Positions 12,758-26,469 are shown, numbered from the stretch's first letter. The stretch: 64,000 nt of DNA from Amoebidium appalachense (GCA_963693365.1 CAVNZM010000001.1:11558161-11622160), one strand, 5' to 3'. A program made the numbers and translations. The notes: generated by a model not told the origin, from the sequence alone.

Positions 12758-13091
12758 TTTTTTTCTTTTGACTGGATTTATTCGACGCAAAGATATGCAA
12801 GTATGCACGGCATACTGAGAAGACAATAAAAACTTCACGAGTTATCCGGTAACAAGTGCATACTGAGATACCTGAACACTGTGTGAAAATCATATAAATA
12901 CTCAATGTGACGACCAACAGAATTAAACAAAAAGTCTGAATTAGCCTACGGTGTTCACATTGCCAGCCAGTGTAGCAGACACCCGTAGGGAAAGAGGTAA
13001 AACGCGACATAAAAACTCACACCTATCAACATGCTTTCGATTAAAAGTTCAGCACAAAAGTGGCACCAGCTAGCGGCGATGGAAACAAGAA
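12758..13091 (-). mobile_element. 5'-truncated copy of the LINE at 1-1906 (3' ~330 bp with a short A tail)
   Basis: The reverse complement matches about 1578-1906 (TTGGTCGTCACATTGAGTATTTATATGATTTT..TCCAGTCAAAA). ORF 12642-13010(-) shares VVTLSIYMIFTQCSGISVCTCY with ORF 1738-1932(+). Confidence 0.92.
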
Positions 13092-13159
13092 GTTTGGGGA
13101 CTTCACTTTCACTTCGATCTCTTAGCTGTCACGTCAACTTTTTTTCCCGATTCTTCACC

Positions 13160-14668
13160 ATGGCAGGACCTGGTATATAAAGGCTTTCATTTCTTCTTTT
13201 TGTGGTGGGAGGGAGTCCCACTCAGGGGAACGTGACTGCAGCGTGTGTGTGGTGTGGCCTGGTGTATTCCTACTGCTGTGAGAGTGTGGGGGCATCTCCC
13301 TTTCGCGGAGTTTCTCGCTTGAGAAGTGGTTTCTTCAACGCCTGGTGGTCCACTGCAACCTATGGTAACTTCTACACGCTGTCTCCGCTTCTACGCGACC
13401 TATTGGCGGTAGGCTGCTGCAACTTCTTCAGCTACTTCTGCGCTGCGGCGCTTACGATGGTCTACTATGGGTTCCTGAGCTACCCGGTGTACGGCGGGTC
13501 AGATGAAGCGGTGAGTAAACACACGTGCTTTACACTGAATGCTCCAAGTTGAACCTGTTGCATGATTGCACGCACTTCTAGTGATGTTGGATCGGGACAC
13601 AAGATCCCGCGAGCCGTTGTAGCCTCTTTGCTGATGCGAACGTTTCTCAGTTATCCTTGTGACCTGCTTCTCCCAGGAACATGTGATGTTTGTTATCTCA
13701 GGTTTCAGGTTCCACATCTTTGCCTGCTAGAAGTGCAACTATGTGCCTAACGATAGTGTTAGCGCGCTTTATGCATATGCAACACACCATAACCCCATTT
13801 CCAGTCGCGGTTTTAAACTGACATTAAACGTATGCGTACAGTGGAGCATCTGGCAACCACCATTCTACTACATCATCCTGCCCCTGCGCTGGCTGCCCAT
13901 CACCGTCCTATATCTCCGCCTGACTATCTGCTACTACGGATATCCAAGAGTATATCCCAACTTCGACTGGGTTTCAGGCGCGTATATCCAAGCGGCAAGA
14001 CCCGGCCTGAAATTCATGCTTGCAACACTTGGCGTGATGATGAGTCCTTACTTCATCATGTATGTTTACTTCATGATCGTTACTGCCGTCGATGGCATGC
14101 CTCTGGCGGACGACCCCATCAATGTGATCATGTGGAGGATAGTCACCGGCTTCGATTTCTTCTACCTTTCCCTGTCTGTGCTGATGGTGAGCGTTTCTTC
14201 CCCCCACCCACCCACCCCCTAACCACCCGCTCACCTCCTCACCTTTCCTGCGTGACCCAACTATTCCCTCCTCTTGTCACTTCTAATCTACCCCCTCACT
14301 TGAGAGTGGCTTGGTTGTTGAATGAAAAGGGGGGGGGGGGGGGGGATATATCGGTGGGGGGTAACAAGGGAGAGGGGGGGGGAGGGGGGAGGGGGGTGGA
14401 TTTTGGAAGGGGAACACAGGGAACACGGCATGTGTGTGCAAGGGTGAGCAAGGGGTGCTTCTGAGGTGCAGGCGCAATCGCGAACAAAACGGAGCGGAAA
14501 ATGATAAAGGGAAGAGTACATGAATGAGCACATCTATGCTTTGAAGTCTGCTAAGCAACTACTGCTCGTGTTTACTTGTCTGACAATATATCCCCCTCAT
14601 TCTCTCCTTTCCCCTCCAGCCTCTCTCTCCCCCCCTCTCTCTCCACCCCCTCTCCCCCCGTCCCCAAA

Positions 14669-14741
<73 letters not shown>

Positions 14742-15185
14742 CCTTCCTCCTCTTTTTGGAAAGGAAGAGTCTCCGGAACTACGACCTGGACCAGAGTAAA
14801 AAGCTCATCTCTTTCTTCGCTTTGTTCATCGGCTACTACATTTACGCGTTCTGCATCGATAGCGGTTACGTGGAGGTCACGTTTGGGGCGATTTTGGCCA
14901 TCCATATCTGGCTATTGGTCATGTCATTGTTCGTCTTCTACATTTGGTAAGTCCTATATGCTTCGTTTGTACACATTGTGTGCTTGTGTTCGTCTTCTAC
15001 ATTTGGTAAGTCCTATATGCTTCGTTTGTACCGTACCATTGTGTGCTTGTGTTCAGAAGTGATATGCCCCGTTCTCTTTGTTGTGTATCGTAGTGCTACT
15101 AACATGCCGGCTCCACGTTGTTTACCATATTACAAACCTACCCTCCCATATTCAAACACATTCTCCCGTCCCTCCCCCCCGTCCC

Positions 15186-15218
<33 letters not shown>

Positions 15219-15742
15219 TTTTTTTTTTCAAACTCCCTTCGTTCCCCAATTTCCTGCACACACACACACGCCAACAAACTAACAGAGGCAGGTAGGAAGA
15301 AATCAAAAGAGTAGGCGGTATCTACTTACACTCCCCTCTTTTCCCTCCTCACCCTCCTCCAAGCGTATATTGTGGAACATCCTTTGACCCCTTCTGAGGA
15401 AGAGCTCTGCCTATAATGCATTGCTCTTTGTCTGTGGTTTGCACTCTCTATTGTACTATAACACATTCTAACCCCCCCCCCCCCCCCTCCCCCCAAACCA
15501 GGTACCTGAACATCCGCGCCCTCGCGAACCGCTGTAAAATGGTCGTTACTGCTACGGCCGCGGGGACAGAGCATGGCAAAACAAACTACCAAGATGACGA
15601 CGATGAAGATGAAAGTACTATGTATGAGGCTGGAGGTACCCAGACTAGAAGGTTTATGGCCTCAGCACCAAGAACAACATCCGTGGTGGTGGAGTTGGCG
15701 GTAATTCCCGACGACCAGCCCAAGCAGGATAAGCAGAACTAA
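13160..15742 (+). CDS. Uncharacterised multi-pass (about 6 TM) membrane protein, 5 exons: 13160-13172, 13242-13510, 13842-14186, 14741-14946, 15502-15742 (357 aa)
   Basis: GT-AG introns with consistent phases. Hydrophobic segments include LLAVGCCNFFSYFCAAALTMVYYGFL, YYIILPLRWLPITVLYLRLTICYY, FMLATLGVMMSPYFIMYVYFMIV, IVTGFDFFYLSLSVLMAFLLFL, LISFFALFIGYYIYAFC and FGAILAIHIWLLVMSLFVFYIWY, followed by an acidic polar tail. The first exon is less certain. Confidence 0.8.
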
Positions 15743-16534
15743 ACACGGTGACCTCTCTTGGTGGTGAGGTGGCGGGGCTGGATGTACTAGAACACGGCGC
15801 TCTCTTATTGGTGAAGTGATGGAGCTGCATGTTCTAGTGGTTGCGCGATTGCGCGATGCATAAGCAAAACTAGTCGTTGTGCGGTTGTGCGATGCATAAG
15901 CAGAACTAGAGCGCGGCGGTCTTGTTGGTGAGGTTGTGGAGCTGCATGTTCCGGTGGGTTTTATTTTCGAAGCTCGATCGTGCGTGACTTAGATCACCAT
16001 GCTCCTTTTTTTAGGACTTGGGGTGTGTTGTGTAGGGGATGGTTTTGTACACAGTGTTCAGGTAACGTTTTGAACAGACATTGCTATTTACATACCATGG
16101 TGACATTTCCCCAGGTTTTTTTTCCGTTTTCTCCCTTTTCCCACAGACGATTTTACTCCGAAGCTCAGTCTTTTTCTATTCAGAGGCGGCATTTTTTCCC
16201 AAAGCAGTACTAGTAACAGTTATTATGTGCCTAGTCGATTGACAGATCATTACCGACTGTACAGACGGACCTATAATGGTCCTGTTGCAAAATAAATGTT
16301 ATTTGAAATTCATCGCGAGTGCGCGTGCCACAATGAAAGGCAGATTGACATCATGTTTGTATGAGCAATGAACTTTCAAGATAATGGAGCTCAAGGGTCT
16401 GCTGCCCCCAAAGCTTCCCTCCCTTCCAAGCACACACGCACACACACACACGAACGCATACTTTAGGATAGAACTCCCTCCCTCCACCAGCTCCCTCCAC
16501 ACACTCGAACACACGGTGTAAGATACGACCCGGC

Positions 16535-16576
<42 letters not shown>

Positions 16577-16803
16577 CCCCCCCCCCCCCCTCCCTCCCCC
16601 CCACCCCTTCTCCCCCCCCCCTTCCCCCCCCCAATAAAATTTTTTAACACGTACCATCAAACAACAAACAAAATTTGGAGGTCTAGCTAGAAGCTGCATG
16701 CAGGATATTGTGCGACTCAGTGTAGTATGGTTCTCATCCGGAGTATTCGGTGTTACATGTACAAGGAACTTGGCAAGTCTATGCATATTCCCCCTCCCCC
16801 CCT

Positions 16804-16835
<32 letters not shown>

Positions 16836-17045
16836 CCCTACACACACACACATGCACACACGCTCGCGCGCACACACAGTCACACGTACACACACGCGCA
16901 CACACACACACACACACACGTACACACACGCGCGCGCGTACACCACGTACACACACACACACACACACACAGACGTACACACACACAAGCGTACACCTTA
17001 TGCTGTAACACACACACACACACACTTGTACAAACACACACACAC

Positions 17046-17094
<49 letters not shown>

Positions 17095-17580
17095 GTGACA
17101 CAGTCACGTACACGCACGCATTGTCAATTAATTGTCTCTCACACATACGTACCCTCTTCCTCCTCCTCCTCCTGGTCACGCACGGCTGCCCATGACACAA
17201 ATGGACCATAGGGCCAAAAGATGGTAACGCCTGGACCGAGGCGGAAATCGAAAAAGTTTAAAATGAAGCCTAATGAGTCGATAGGATCCGCAATTCCGCT
17301 GAAAAACAATAGAGCCATTTTGATTGTATCCGCTATTTCCAGTTTAAAAATTTGAGTTAATTGCTATTTGGTCAGATGCAGGTGATCGTCGTCACCGTGT
17401 GAGCATGCAGATCGATGTGGCGCACACGTACACACACTCTTCCTCCATGCCCTTAAATTTAGAGTCAGGCATGTCTGCTATTGTAATAATCATTGATCCA
17501 CCCCTTGCGACACCTCGAGTATCGTACGTACTACAATATACCCCCCCCCCCCCCCCCCCCCCCCCCCAAGCACACACACA

Positions 17581-17660
<80 letters not shown>

Positions 17661-18111
17661 ACACACTTCGGACTTGACCACAAACGCATGTCACTGAGTG
17701 TCGGACCCGCGATTGGATACATATATGTCCATTTTATTGACATACAATCGGTGCAGCATTTATTTCCTTTGATATCATCCAAAACAGTTACTACATGCAC
17801 AGTGTAACCCCCTGCCCTGTATACAACCAGTCATTCGTGTGGTGGTCATGAATAGGCTGGCTGCATCAATGCAAATCCGTTGCCGATAGCATAACCTTAC
17901 ATGCATTGCAGGCACTAGGAATAAACTGAACACTATGATAGACATTGGGATCTCTATTTAATATTAGGTGTGATAGTGAACACTATCTATGTACGAAGCA
18001 GCTATCAAAGTACTGCTGCTAATTTTTAAAACTAACCTGCTTAGCGCCCCCCCCCCCCCCCCCCCCCCCCTCCCCCCCCCCCCCGGCACACACACACACA
18101 CACACACACAT

Positions 18112-18156
<45 letters not shown>

Positions 18157-18241
18157 CACCGACGCACAAACCCTAAAAATATAATGTGTATATATATATA
18201 TATAGATATACATATATATATATTGGACAAAGTTCTTCCAC

Positions 18242-18614
18242 TCAAACCAACCCGAACCCACGTCCATTCTCCATCGCCAAAAACATCTTCTCCTTCAGCT
18301 TAGCCCCCGAGCTATACTCAGGCAACAACAACCTACTAAAACACGTCAGAGCGGTGGGGAGACGGTGCGAATCCGGCCCGTTTCGTTGGATAATAAACGC
18401 CATATTGGAAAGACCCGCAATAGGAACCCTGTCTGAGCCCGTGACGAAATTCAGTAGTTGTTTTTTCTGGTCGTTGTCCATTTGGTGAACGATTTTCCAG
18501 AACTCCTTGATAAGGGGGTGGTCGGCTGAGTACCCGTCGTCGTATGTGGCTGCTTGCTCCAGCGCCTGTACGTGTGTGTACGTGTGTGTGTGTGTGTGGT
18601 GGGAAGGGAGGGGT

Positions 18615-18646
<32 letters not shown>

Positions 18647-18661
18647 AATAAGGGGGAGTGG

Positions 18662-18734
<73 letters not shown>

Positions 18735-18928
18735 CGCGCGCGCGCGTGCGTGCGTTTGTATGTTGTGGTGTGCTGTGCAGTGCCTGTGCCTAGATGCGTA
18801 CATGCGTGTATAGGGAAACGAGGGCGCGGGGGGGGGGGGGGGGGGGGTCATTAGACTGTGGTACACTGTAAAAGTCTCAAAAACACGAGGAATGATGCAG
18901 TACATTGGGGATGGGGGGTTGGGGGGAA

Positions 18929-18966
<38 letters not shown>

Positions 18967-19249
18967 TGCAGTGAGTGTCCATTAGCACCAGATGCGCAGG
19001 AGTTGTGGGTGAAGAAGGTGCATTTTATTTTGTTTTTATCATTTCTTTAAAAAAAAATTAATAATCCCCCCCCCCCTTGCCTGCTTGCCTTTTTGTTTGG
19101 ATGGTTGGGATAGGGGTTGGTTCGCCCAGGAACTGGGTCAGGGGAGAGCGTTTTCTTTTTGAGACATTCATAACAAACAGCACAACGTGAGAATGCAAAA
19201 CCAAACACCCACCATAAAAGAGTATGCATCATCCGTAGAGTAGAGCCCA

Positions 19250-19296
<47 letters not shown>

Positions 19297-20175
19297 CGTG
19301 TGCGTGTGCGTGGGTGCTTGCGTGGGTGGGTGGGTGGGGAGGGGGAAGGGGGGGGGGGGGGGGGGGGGAGGGGGGATTTTTACGTCAAAATCGAGGTCTG
19401 GGGAGCCGCAAATAAGCAGCTCCAACTCTTCAGCCGTGCACAGAGACAGCGCCGGACCCCCGCATACCCTATGGAACCCCCTTGAAAATGCCGTAAATTG
19501 GCGCTGAACGGCCCTGTTGAGTAGATAGTCGACATACAGGCGCACAAATTCGGCCCGGTTTTCATTTGTCACGGGGATATCCCCCCCTCCCTGCTTGAGG
19601 TCTATGGTGCGCATCTCACCGTATAGGCGCTCGCTGATTTGGAAGGTGTAACAGAAGATGTCTTCCACGTTATCCTGTGAAGAAAAAAAAAAGGGTGCAA
19701 GTTTGTCAATTTGTTGAGTTGTGCTGTTGGATGTGTTTTGAGAAGTGTGTGTTGAGAGGCAGGGAAAGGAAAAGAGGAACAAGAGGGTGGGTGGGTGGGT
19801 GGATGGGCGTGGGCAGGGGGATGCGGGTTGGTGTTCAAATCGTGAAACAACTTCTATCTTGTATCTTTCTTTTTCAACAGAAGAGGGGAAAAAGGAGCGG
19901 GAGAGGGGCACGGGGAAAGGGGGGAAGGGGGGGGGGGGGGGGGGGGGGAAGGGGGGGGGGGGAGGGGGGGGGGGGGGGAGGTCCTGACATGCGAGTGGGT
20001 GAGGGGTGAGTGTGCGTGTGTGCTTGTGGCCACGCGTCTGTGCCTGTAAGTGCATGTGTAGGTGTGTTTCCTTTTAGAGGGGGAGAAGGGGCCCTAGGAG
20101 GACGGGGGGGGGGGGGGGGGGGGGGGGGGGGGAGATGTTACCGAGTACCAAGGGTGGAGCTTTTTTTTTTTTTTT

Positions 20176-20254
<79 letters not shown>

Positions 20255-21869
20255 GGGGGGAGGGGGAGGGGGAAGGGGTAAAGGGTTGCAAACCTGAGCG
20301 GGGTCCCAATCAAGCAGCTGCTGCAGACTCTTTCCAACCCTGGGCTGTGCCACCTTCAGATCTGCAAGGGTAGGCTCATGGCCAAGCAACTTACGATAGA
20401 GCACGAGGGGTAGGCGCACATCAAGAATCACCCCGTTGTAGATGGCTAGCCCTAAGAGTAGGCCGACTAGCTCAAACTGCGGGGGGAGGGGGGGGGGGGA
20501 AAGAGGGGTGAGGGAGGGAGGGAGAGGGGGGGGGGGGGGGGGGGAGGGTAGAGGAAGGAGGGTTGGGGGGGGGGGGGGGGGGGGGGGGGGAGGGAGGGGA
20601 GGGAGGGGAGTGGAGGCAGGAAGAGAGGGAAGGGAGAAAGGGAGAAGAGGAGGAGAGAAAAAGGAGAGATGGGGAGAGAGGAGGGGGGAGAGAGAAGGGA
20701 GGGGAGGGGGGTGGGGTGGGGGGAGGGGGAGGGGTGATGAATGTGTTAGGGGGTTGGAGATATGGAGGAGACACCAAATGAAAAAATACAAAACGCCACA
20801 AAATGAAAAACGGGGGGAAGGGGTTGAGAGCCAGCTCCCTTTGGGACTCGATGAAAAACGACAACACAAAACAGACACAAAGCCCAATGCACAAGGGATG
20901 ACGAGAAACCCCGTTAAAACCAGAGCGGAAACCAAAACAACAGAAACCAAACCAAGGACCGGGTGAAAGAAGGGGTACTATGGGGTATCATGGAAAGCCA
21001 AACCACAAATCAGAAACCAAACCAACGTGCACCAGGGGGGTGGGGGTGGGGATGGGTGGGTGGGGGGGGGGGGGGGGGGGGGAAGGGGGGGACAAAAGTG
21101 CAAGGGGGAGTAGGGGAGAGGGAGGGGGGGTGGGGGGGGGGGGGGGGGGGGGGGAGGCAGGGGAGTGAGGAGCCAATGTGCTCATGGTAGTTTGCATAAG
21201 AGGGGTGGGAGTTGGGGGGGGGGGGGGGGGGGGGGGGAGGGGGGAGGGGGGAGGGCAGTGCAGAAACGGGAGGAACCAGTGTGCAGGCGGAAGGGGGGGG
21301 GGGGGGGGGGGGGGGGGGAGGAGAGGATGTAATAGGCACCCCACCTCTCTCTGAGACTCCATCGAAAACACAACACCGTTGAACAGAAACAGGAACACAA
21401 CCAATTTGCACACTGTGGCAAACTGAGCGTTGAAAAGGGTAACCTTACTTCATTCTGAAACTCCATAAGAAAATTACAACACAAAAAACACACTGATACC
21501 AAACCAATATGCAAAAATATACAAAAACGGGCGTCTAAAGGGGTCTTTCTTACCTCTCGCTGTGACTCCATTGAGAATGCGTTGATCCAGCACTGCCTGG
21601 TCTCGTCGTTGTAGACAAACATGCCCACCTCCGGGTTGAAGATGTGCTCCACTATCATCTGGAAGAACTCCTTCTGAACGCCACCCATGTCCAGGCCCTC
21701 TTCTCCTCCCCCTGCGTGTACATGTGTAGAGAGAAAGAAAGAAAAAAGGAAAGAAAGGAAGAAGAAAGGAAAAAAATGTCGGTGCCATGGAACGGGGGAG
21801 GAAGGGGGGGGGGGGGGGGGAAGACGAGGAAGGGGTGGGGGGAGGACAGGAGAAAGGTGGGTGGGGGTG

Positions 21870-21901
<32 letters not shown>

Positions 21902-22278
21902 GGGAGGTTGTAGAACAAAGGCAACAGTAAAAAGAAGGTGTCAAAACGTGCAGGCAGAAAACACTCCAAAAAGAACCCATCATTAAAGGGGGGTGCATAT
22001 GCCTCTACAAAAAGAAAGGGGGTTCGACTTTTTGGCCTCTCGTGCCCCGGGAAGAGAGAGGGGAGAGCCGCCCCGGGGGGGGGGGGGGGGGGGGGGGGGA
22101 ATAGAATGTGTTTGTAATAGAGAGTATGAAATATGCACTGACAATGGGCAACACAATGCCGATTTTGCCAAAAAGGAGCACAACACACGTGTGGAGTGTG
22201 CATCACGAGTAGAGTCTTTTCTCACTCTTTTTCGTTTCTTTTTCCTTTTTTAAATATCTTCCTTTTTTTTGTGTGTGT

Positions 22279-22321
<43 letters not shown>

Positions 22322-22771
22322 GGGGGAGGAGGGGAGGAGGAGGAGGGGGGGGGGGGGGGGGAGAGAGAGAGAGAGAGAGAGAGATTATAGTGGAGGGTAG
22401 GGTGCAAATCATCCCACCCACCGACATATTTAATCTTGAGTGGTTTCTTCAGGTCCATCGTCTTCTTATCCTTGAGCTGTGCAAGGGTGTCCTGCATAAG
22501 ATGCTCCCGCCTGATCTCAAGCACAAGATACGGGCACGTGGCGCTCTTGAGCTCCCCCTTCATGTCCACGCTCCTGCTGGACTCTTCGAGAATCTTCTGC
22601 GCTTGGAAAACCCACGCACTGCGCACAAACGCATCTTCGAATACCTGTCCGGGGGGGGGGGGGGGGGGGGGGGAAGTTTGAGTGGAGGTGGGAATGGGGG
22701 TGGTGGTGGTGAGTGCATGTGCTGTAGTGTGATTGTTTTTTTTTTTTTGTTTTTTTTTTGTTTTTTTTTGT

Positions 22772-22821
<50 letters not shown>

Positions 22822-22994
22822 AAGGGGGGAGCTGTATGCTTTATGGTCGCATATATGAAAGTAGAGGCATCACAGAAGCCAAAACAACTGTACACATACA
22901 AAAGGCACTTAAAACAGAGCCCATCATCTATGCTTTACAAAAAATGGGTCCTGAGCCTGACTATTAGAGACTTTTGGGTTGGGCGTGTCAGTCT

Positions 22995-23038
<44 letters not shown>

Positions 23039-24299
23039 GGAGGGGGAGATGGGGGGGGGGGGGGGGGGGGGGGGGGGGGAGGGGGGGAGGGGGAGGTGGT
23101 GGGGGCCGGGGGATGAGTTAAAGACAGAAACCAGGTGTTTGTTCTGCGTCTTTTTGAGATCTTTCAATGAAGAAAGGGAAAGGAGTGGGGTAGAAAAAGG
23201 GGGGCATGCTTGCATTGTCACTAGTGCATCACAATACCGTGTGTTGATGCACCACTTTTGGTCCGTGGTGAGAGGGGGGGGGGGGGGGGGGGGGGTATGT
23301 TTGTGTTCGTGTTTGCGTGCAAAAAGGGGGGGGGGGGGGGGGGAGGAAGGGAAATGCCCATACCTGAGACATCTGCACAATCGCATCGATATGCAAAATG
23401 CGACTCTTTGACGCAGGATCAAACAGAAACGGGTAGTCGAAAAACGACACACGCGTGAGCAGCGATAGGCGGGACCCCTGCGACTCCTTTGCGTCTGTCG
23501 GGTCGCCGTGTATTCTCTTCCAAAGGTTGTATTCTTCCTTGAAGTCTATCTTGCGACAGATGCTGTCGTTGTAGAAGAAGGAGGCATCTACTACACGCTC
23601 CTCAAGATCCCTGAGTTGAAAGGGGAAAAAAAAAAAAAAAAAAGGGGGTGGGGGGGGGGGGGGGGGGGGGGGTCTTTAGTAGGCGGTGTGCAGTAGAAAG
23701 TACAGATTTATATTGGGCAATGAAAAAAAAGCATGTAGAAGGGGCACGGGGAGAGGGGGGTATGCCTCCTTCTCATGTTTCCTCTACATCCCCCCCATCC
23801 CCCCCCCTCCCCCCCCCCCCCACCCCCCCCCCCCCCCCACCCCCCCGTCCGAGTTACATCATGACCTCCTTTTGTCAACAGAAATCTCCCCCCACCCCCT
23901 TCCAAAGATTTCTTTTTAAAAAAGCATCTCTCTCATATTCCTCCTCCCCCTTACTTTGCTGCCAGTTCGTTACTGTACTATGAGGCCACACACACACCAA
24001 CACACCCATCCCCCCCCCCCCCCCCCCCCCCCCCATCCCACACACCCACCCACACACACACCACCCACCTACCCACCCATTCCCCCCCCCCCCCCCCCCT
24101 CCTTCCCCCCTTCCCCCCCTCATTCCCCAATCCTCCCCCTCCCCTCCCAAACCCTCCCCCCACCCCACCACACACCCCTCCCCCTCCCGTCCCCCCCCAC
24201 CCACCCACCCACACACACACAACATACTTTGCCGCCAGTTCTAATATTAGCCTCAGATAGCAGCTGCAGTGCGCTGAGTGCGTTGATCACACCCACCCG

Positions 24300-24376
<77 letters not shown>

Positions 24377-25654
24377 ATCCCCCCCTTACTTTGCCGCCAG
24401 TTCATTTGCCTCATACAGCAGCTGCAGTGCGCTGAGTGCGTTGATCATTTGGGTGTCTGGGCGCTGGTTGGGGTGGTGGTGCACACTCACGTACTGCTGA
24501 AACATCTCTACCTTGCGCGCAAAGTCGTCCTGAAAAAGAAGAAAAAAAAGGAGAGAAGGAAAGAAAATGGAAGGCGAGTGGGTGAGTTGGGAATGGGTGG
24601 AAGATGATATGAGAACAGGCACAGGTATCCAGCTTGCGTGCAAAATCGTCCTGAGAAAGAGGAAAAAGGATAGAATAGAGATAGGTGATTAGTTGAAGTG
24701 CTTGAAACATCTCTACCTTGCTAGGTGATTAGTTGAAGTGCATGGAACATCTCTACCTTGCGCCCAAAATCGTCCTGTAAAATAGAAAAAGAAAGGAGAA
24801 AAAAGGAGGACGGAAAAGAGAAAAACATTGAGGGCAAGTGGGTGAGTTGGGAATGTGGGGACGATGTGTGGTGGGCCGTGATATGAGGACAGACGTACAT
24901 CTCGGCTTTGCGTGCGAAATCTTCCTGATAGTATTACGAAAAAGGAAGAAAGAGAAAGTGAGTGGATGGTTTGGGATTGGGGAGAGAATTTGTGTGGTGT
25001 GATGGGCCGTGATATGAGGACAGCCGTACGTCTATGCTTTGTGCACAAACTAGCTCTGAAAACAAACAAACAACAACAACAACAACAAACAAAAAAAAAA
25101 GGGGGGGGGGGGGGATGGGTGACCAATTAATACGGGACTTATAATGACTATTACCAAAACCCGTCTCAAAACCCCCACCTCTACCTCCATTCACACCCAC
25201 TCTAGCCCCTCCTCACCCCATGTCCCCGTCAACCCCAACTCGTCCTCCATCCGTCTTCTCACATTACCCACATGTGTCCCATCCCTCTCCTACTTCACCC
25301 CTATCCCTCCCCCTCACCACCCCCATACACACAAACCATGCCAACCCTCCCCCCCCCCCTTCCCCACCCCCACCCACCCACCCAAACAGCCACCAACACA
25401 CACACACACACACAACCACCCACCCACCCTCACCCTCCCCCCCCCCCCCCCCACCACCCATAACCCTCCCTCCCTCCCTCCCCCTCCCCTCCTTCCCTCT
25501 CCACCCTCCCCCCCCCCCCACACCCCCAACCACCCAGACCACCCATACCCCCTCCCTCCCCCCCCCCCCCCCCCCTCCCTTCCTCCCCCCTCTTCCCCCC
25601 CCCCCCCCCCCCACCCTGCCCCCCCTCCCCTCTCCCCATCCCCCCCTCTCTCTC

Positions 25655-25687
<33 letters not shown>

Positions 25688-25777
25688 TACCCCCCTCCCC
25701 TCTCCCCATCCCCCCCCTCTCTCCCCCCCCCCCCCCCTCCCTTCCCCCCCCCCTCCCCCACCCACCCACCATACACC

Positions 25778-25818
<41 letters not shown>

Positions 25819-26419
25819 GCGGGTATCTAGACCACCACTGCCTCAACATCTTTGCCGACGACTCGGGCAGCTCCGAAATGATCCGTGCCAACAGTCTCAC
25901 CATACTCTCCAGGTACGCGGGGTTCGAAACTAAAGGCGGAAATTCCAAAATCACCATCAACTGCGCCAGCCCGGACGCCGGAATAGACGTATTCGCCAAG
26001 TGCGCGATTATGATTTCCAGTGCGTTTACGAGCGCGGTTTGAAATTTATCCTTTGGCTCAAGGAGCATGATCATTGCGTATGAGTCCTTGAGAGATTCAA
26101 TGTCCAGACCGCTGTCGAATTGTGTGGGGAGGGTGTCGGGATCTCGACGGAAACTTATGCTGAGTGACTCGGAGGAGGAAAAAACGGTGCGGGTGGTGTT
26201 GAGAAGAAACGCGTCGTCCTATGTGTAGGGAAAATGTGTGTGTGTGTGTGTGTGTGTGTGGGTTGGGGGGGAAGAGGGGAGGGGGTGGGGGAGGGGGGGG
26301 GAGGAGAGGAGGGGGAAGGGGGGGGGGGGGTGGGGGTGGGGATGGGAGGGGGGAAGGGGGGAGGGGGTTGGGAGGGTGGAGGAGGGGGAGGTGGGGGGAG
26401 GGGGTTGGGATGGGGGGGG

Positions 26420-26469
<50 letters not shown>

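Noticed and set aside
16299-18200. Many ORFs encoding poly-Pro, poly-Gly, (HT)n and (CV)n
   Set aside because: These are translations of poly-C/G and AC/GT microsatellites, open in several frames on both strands. The same applies throughout the window.
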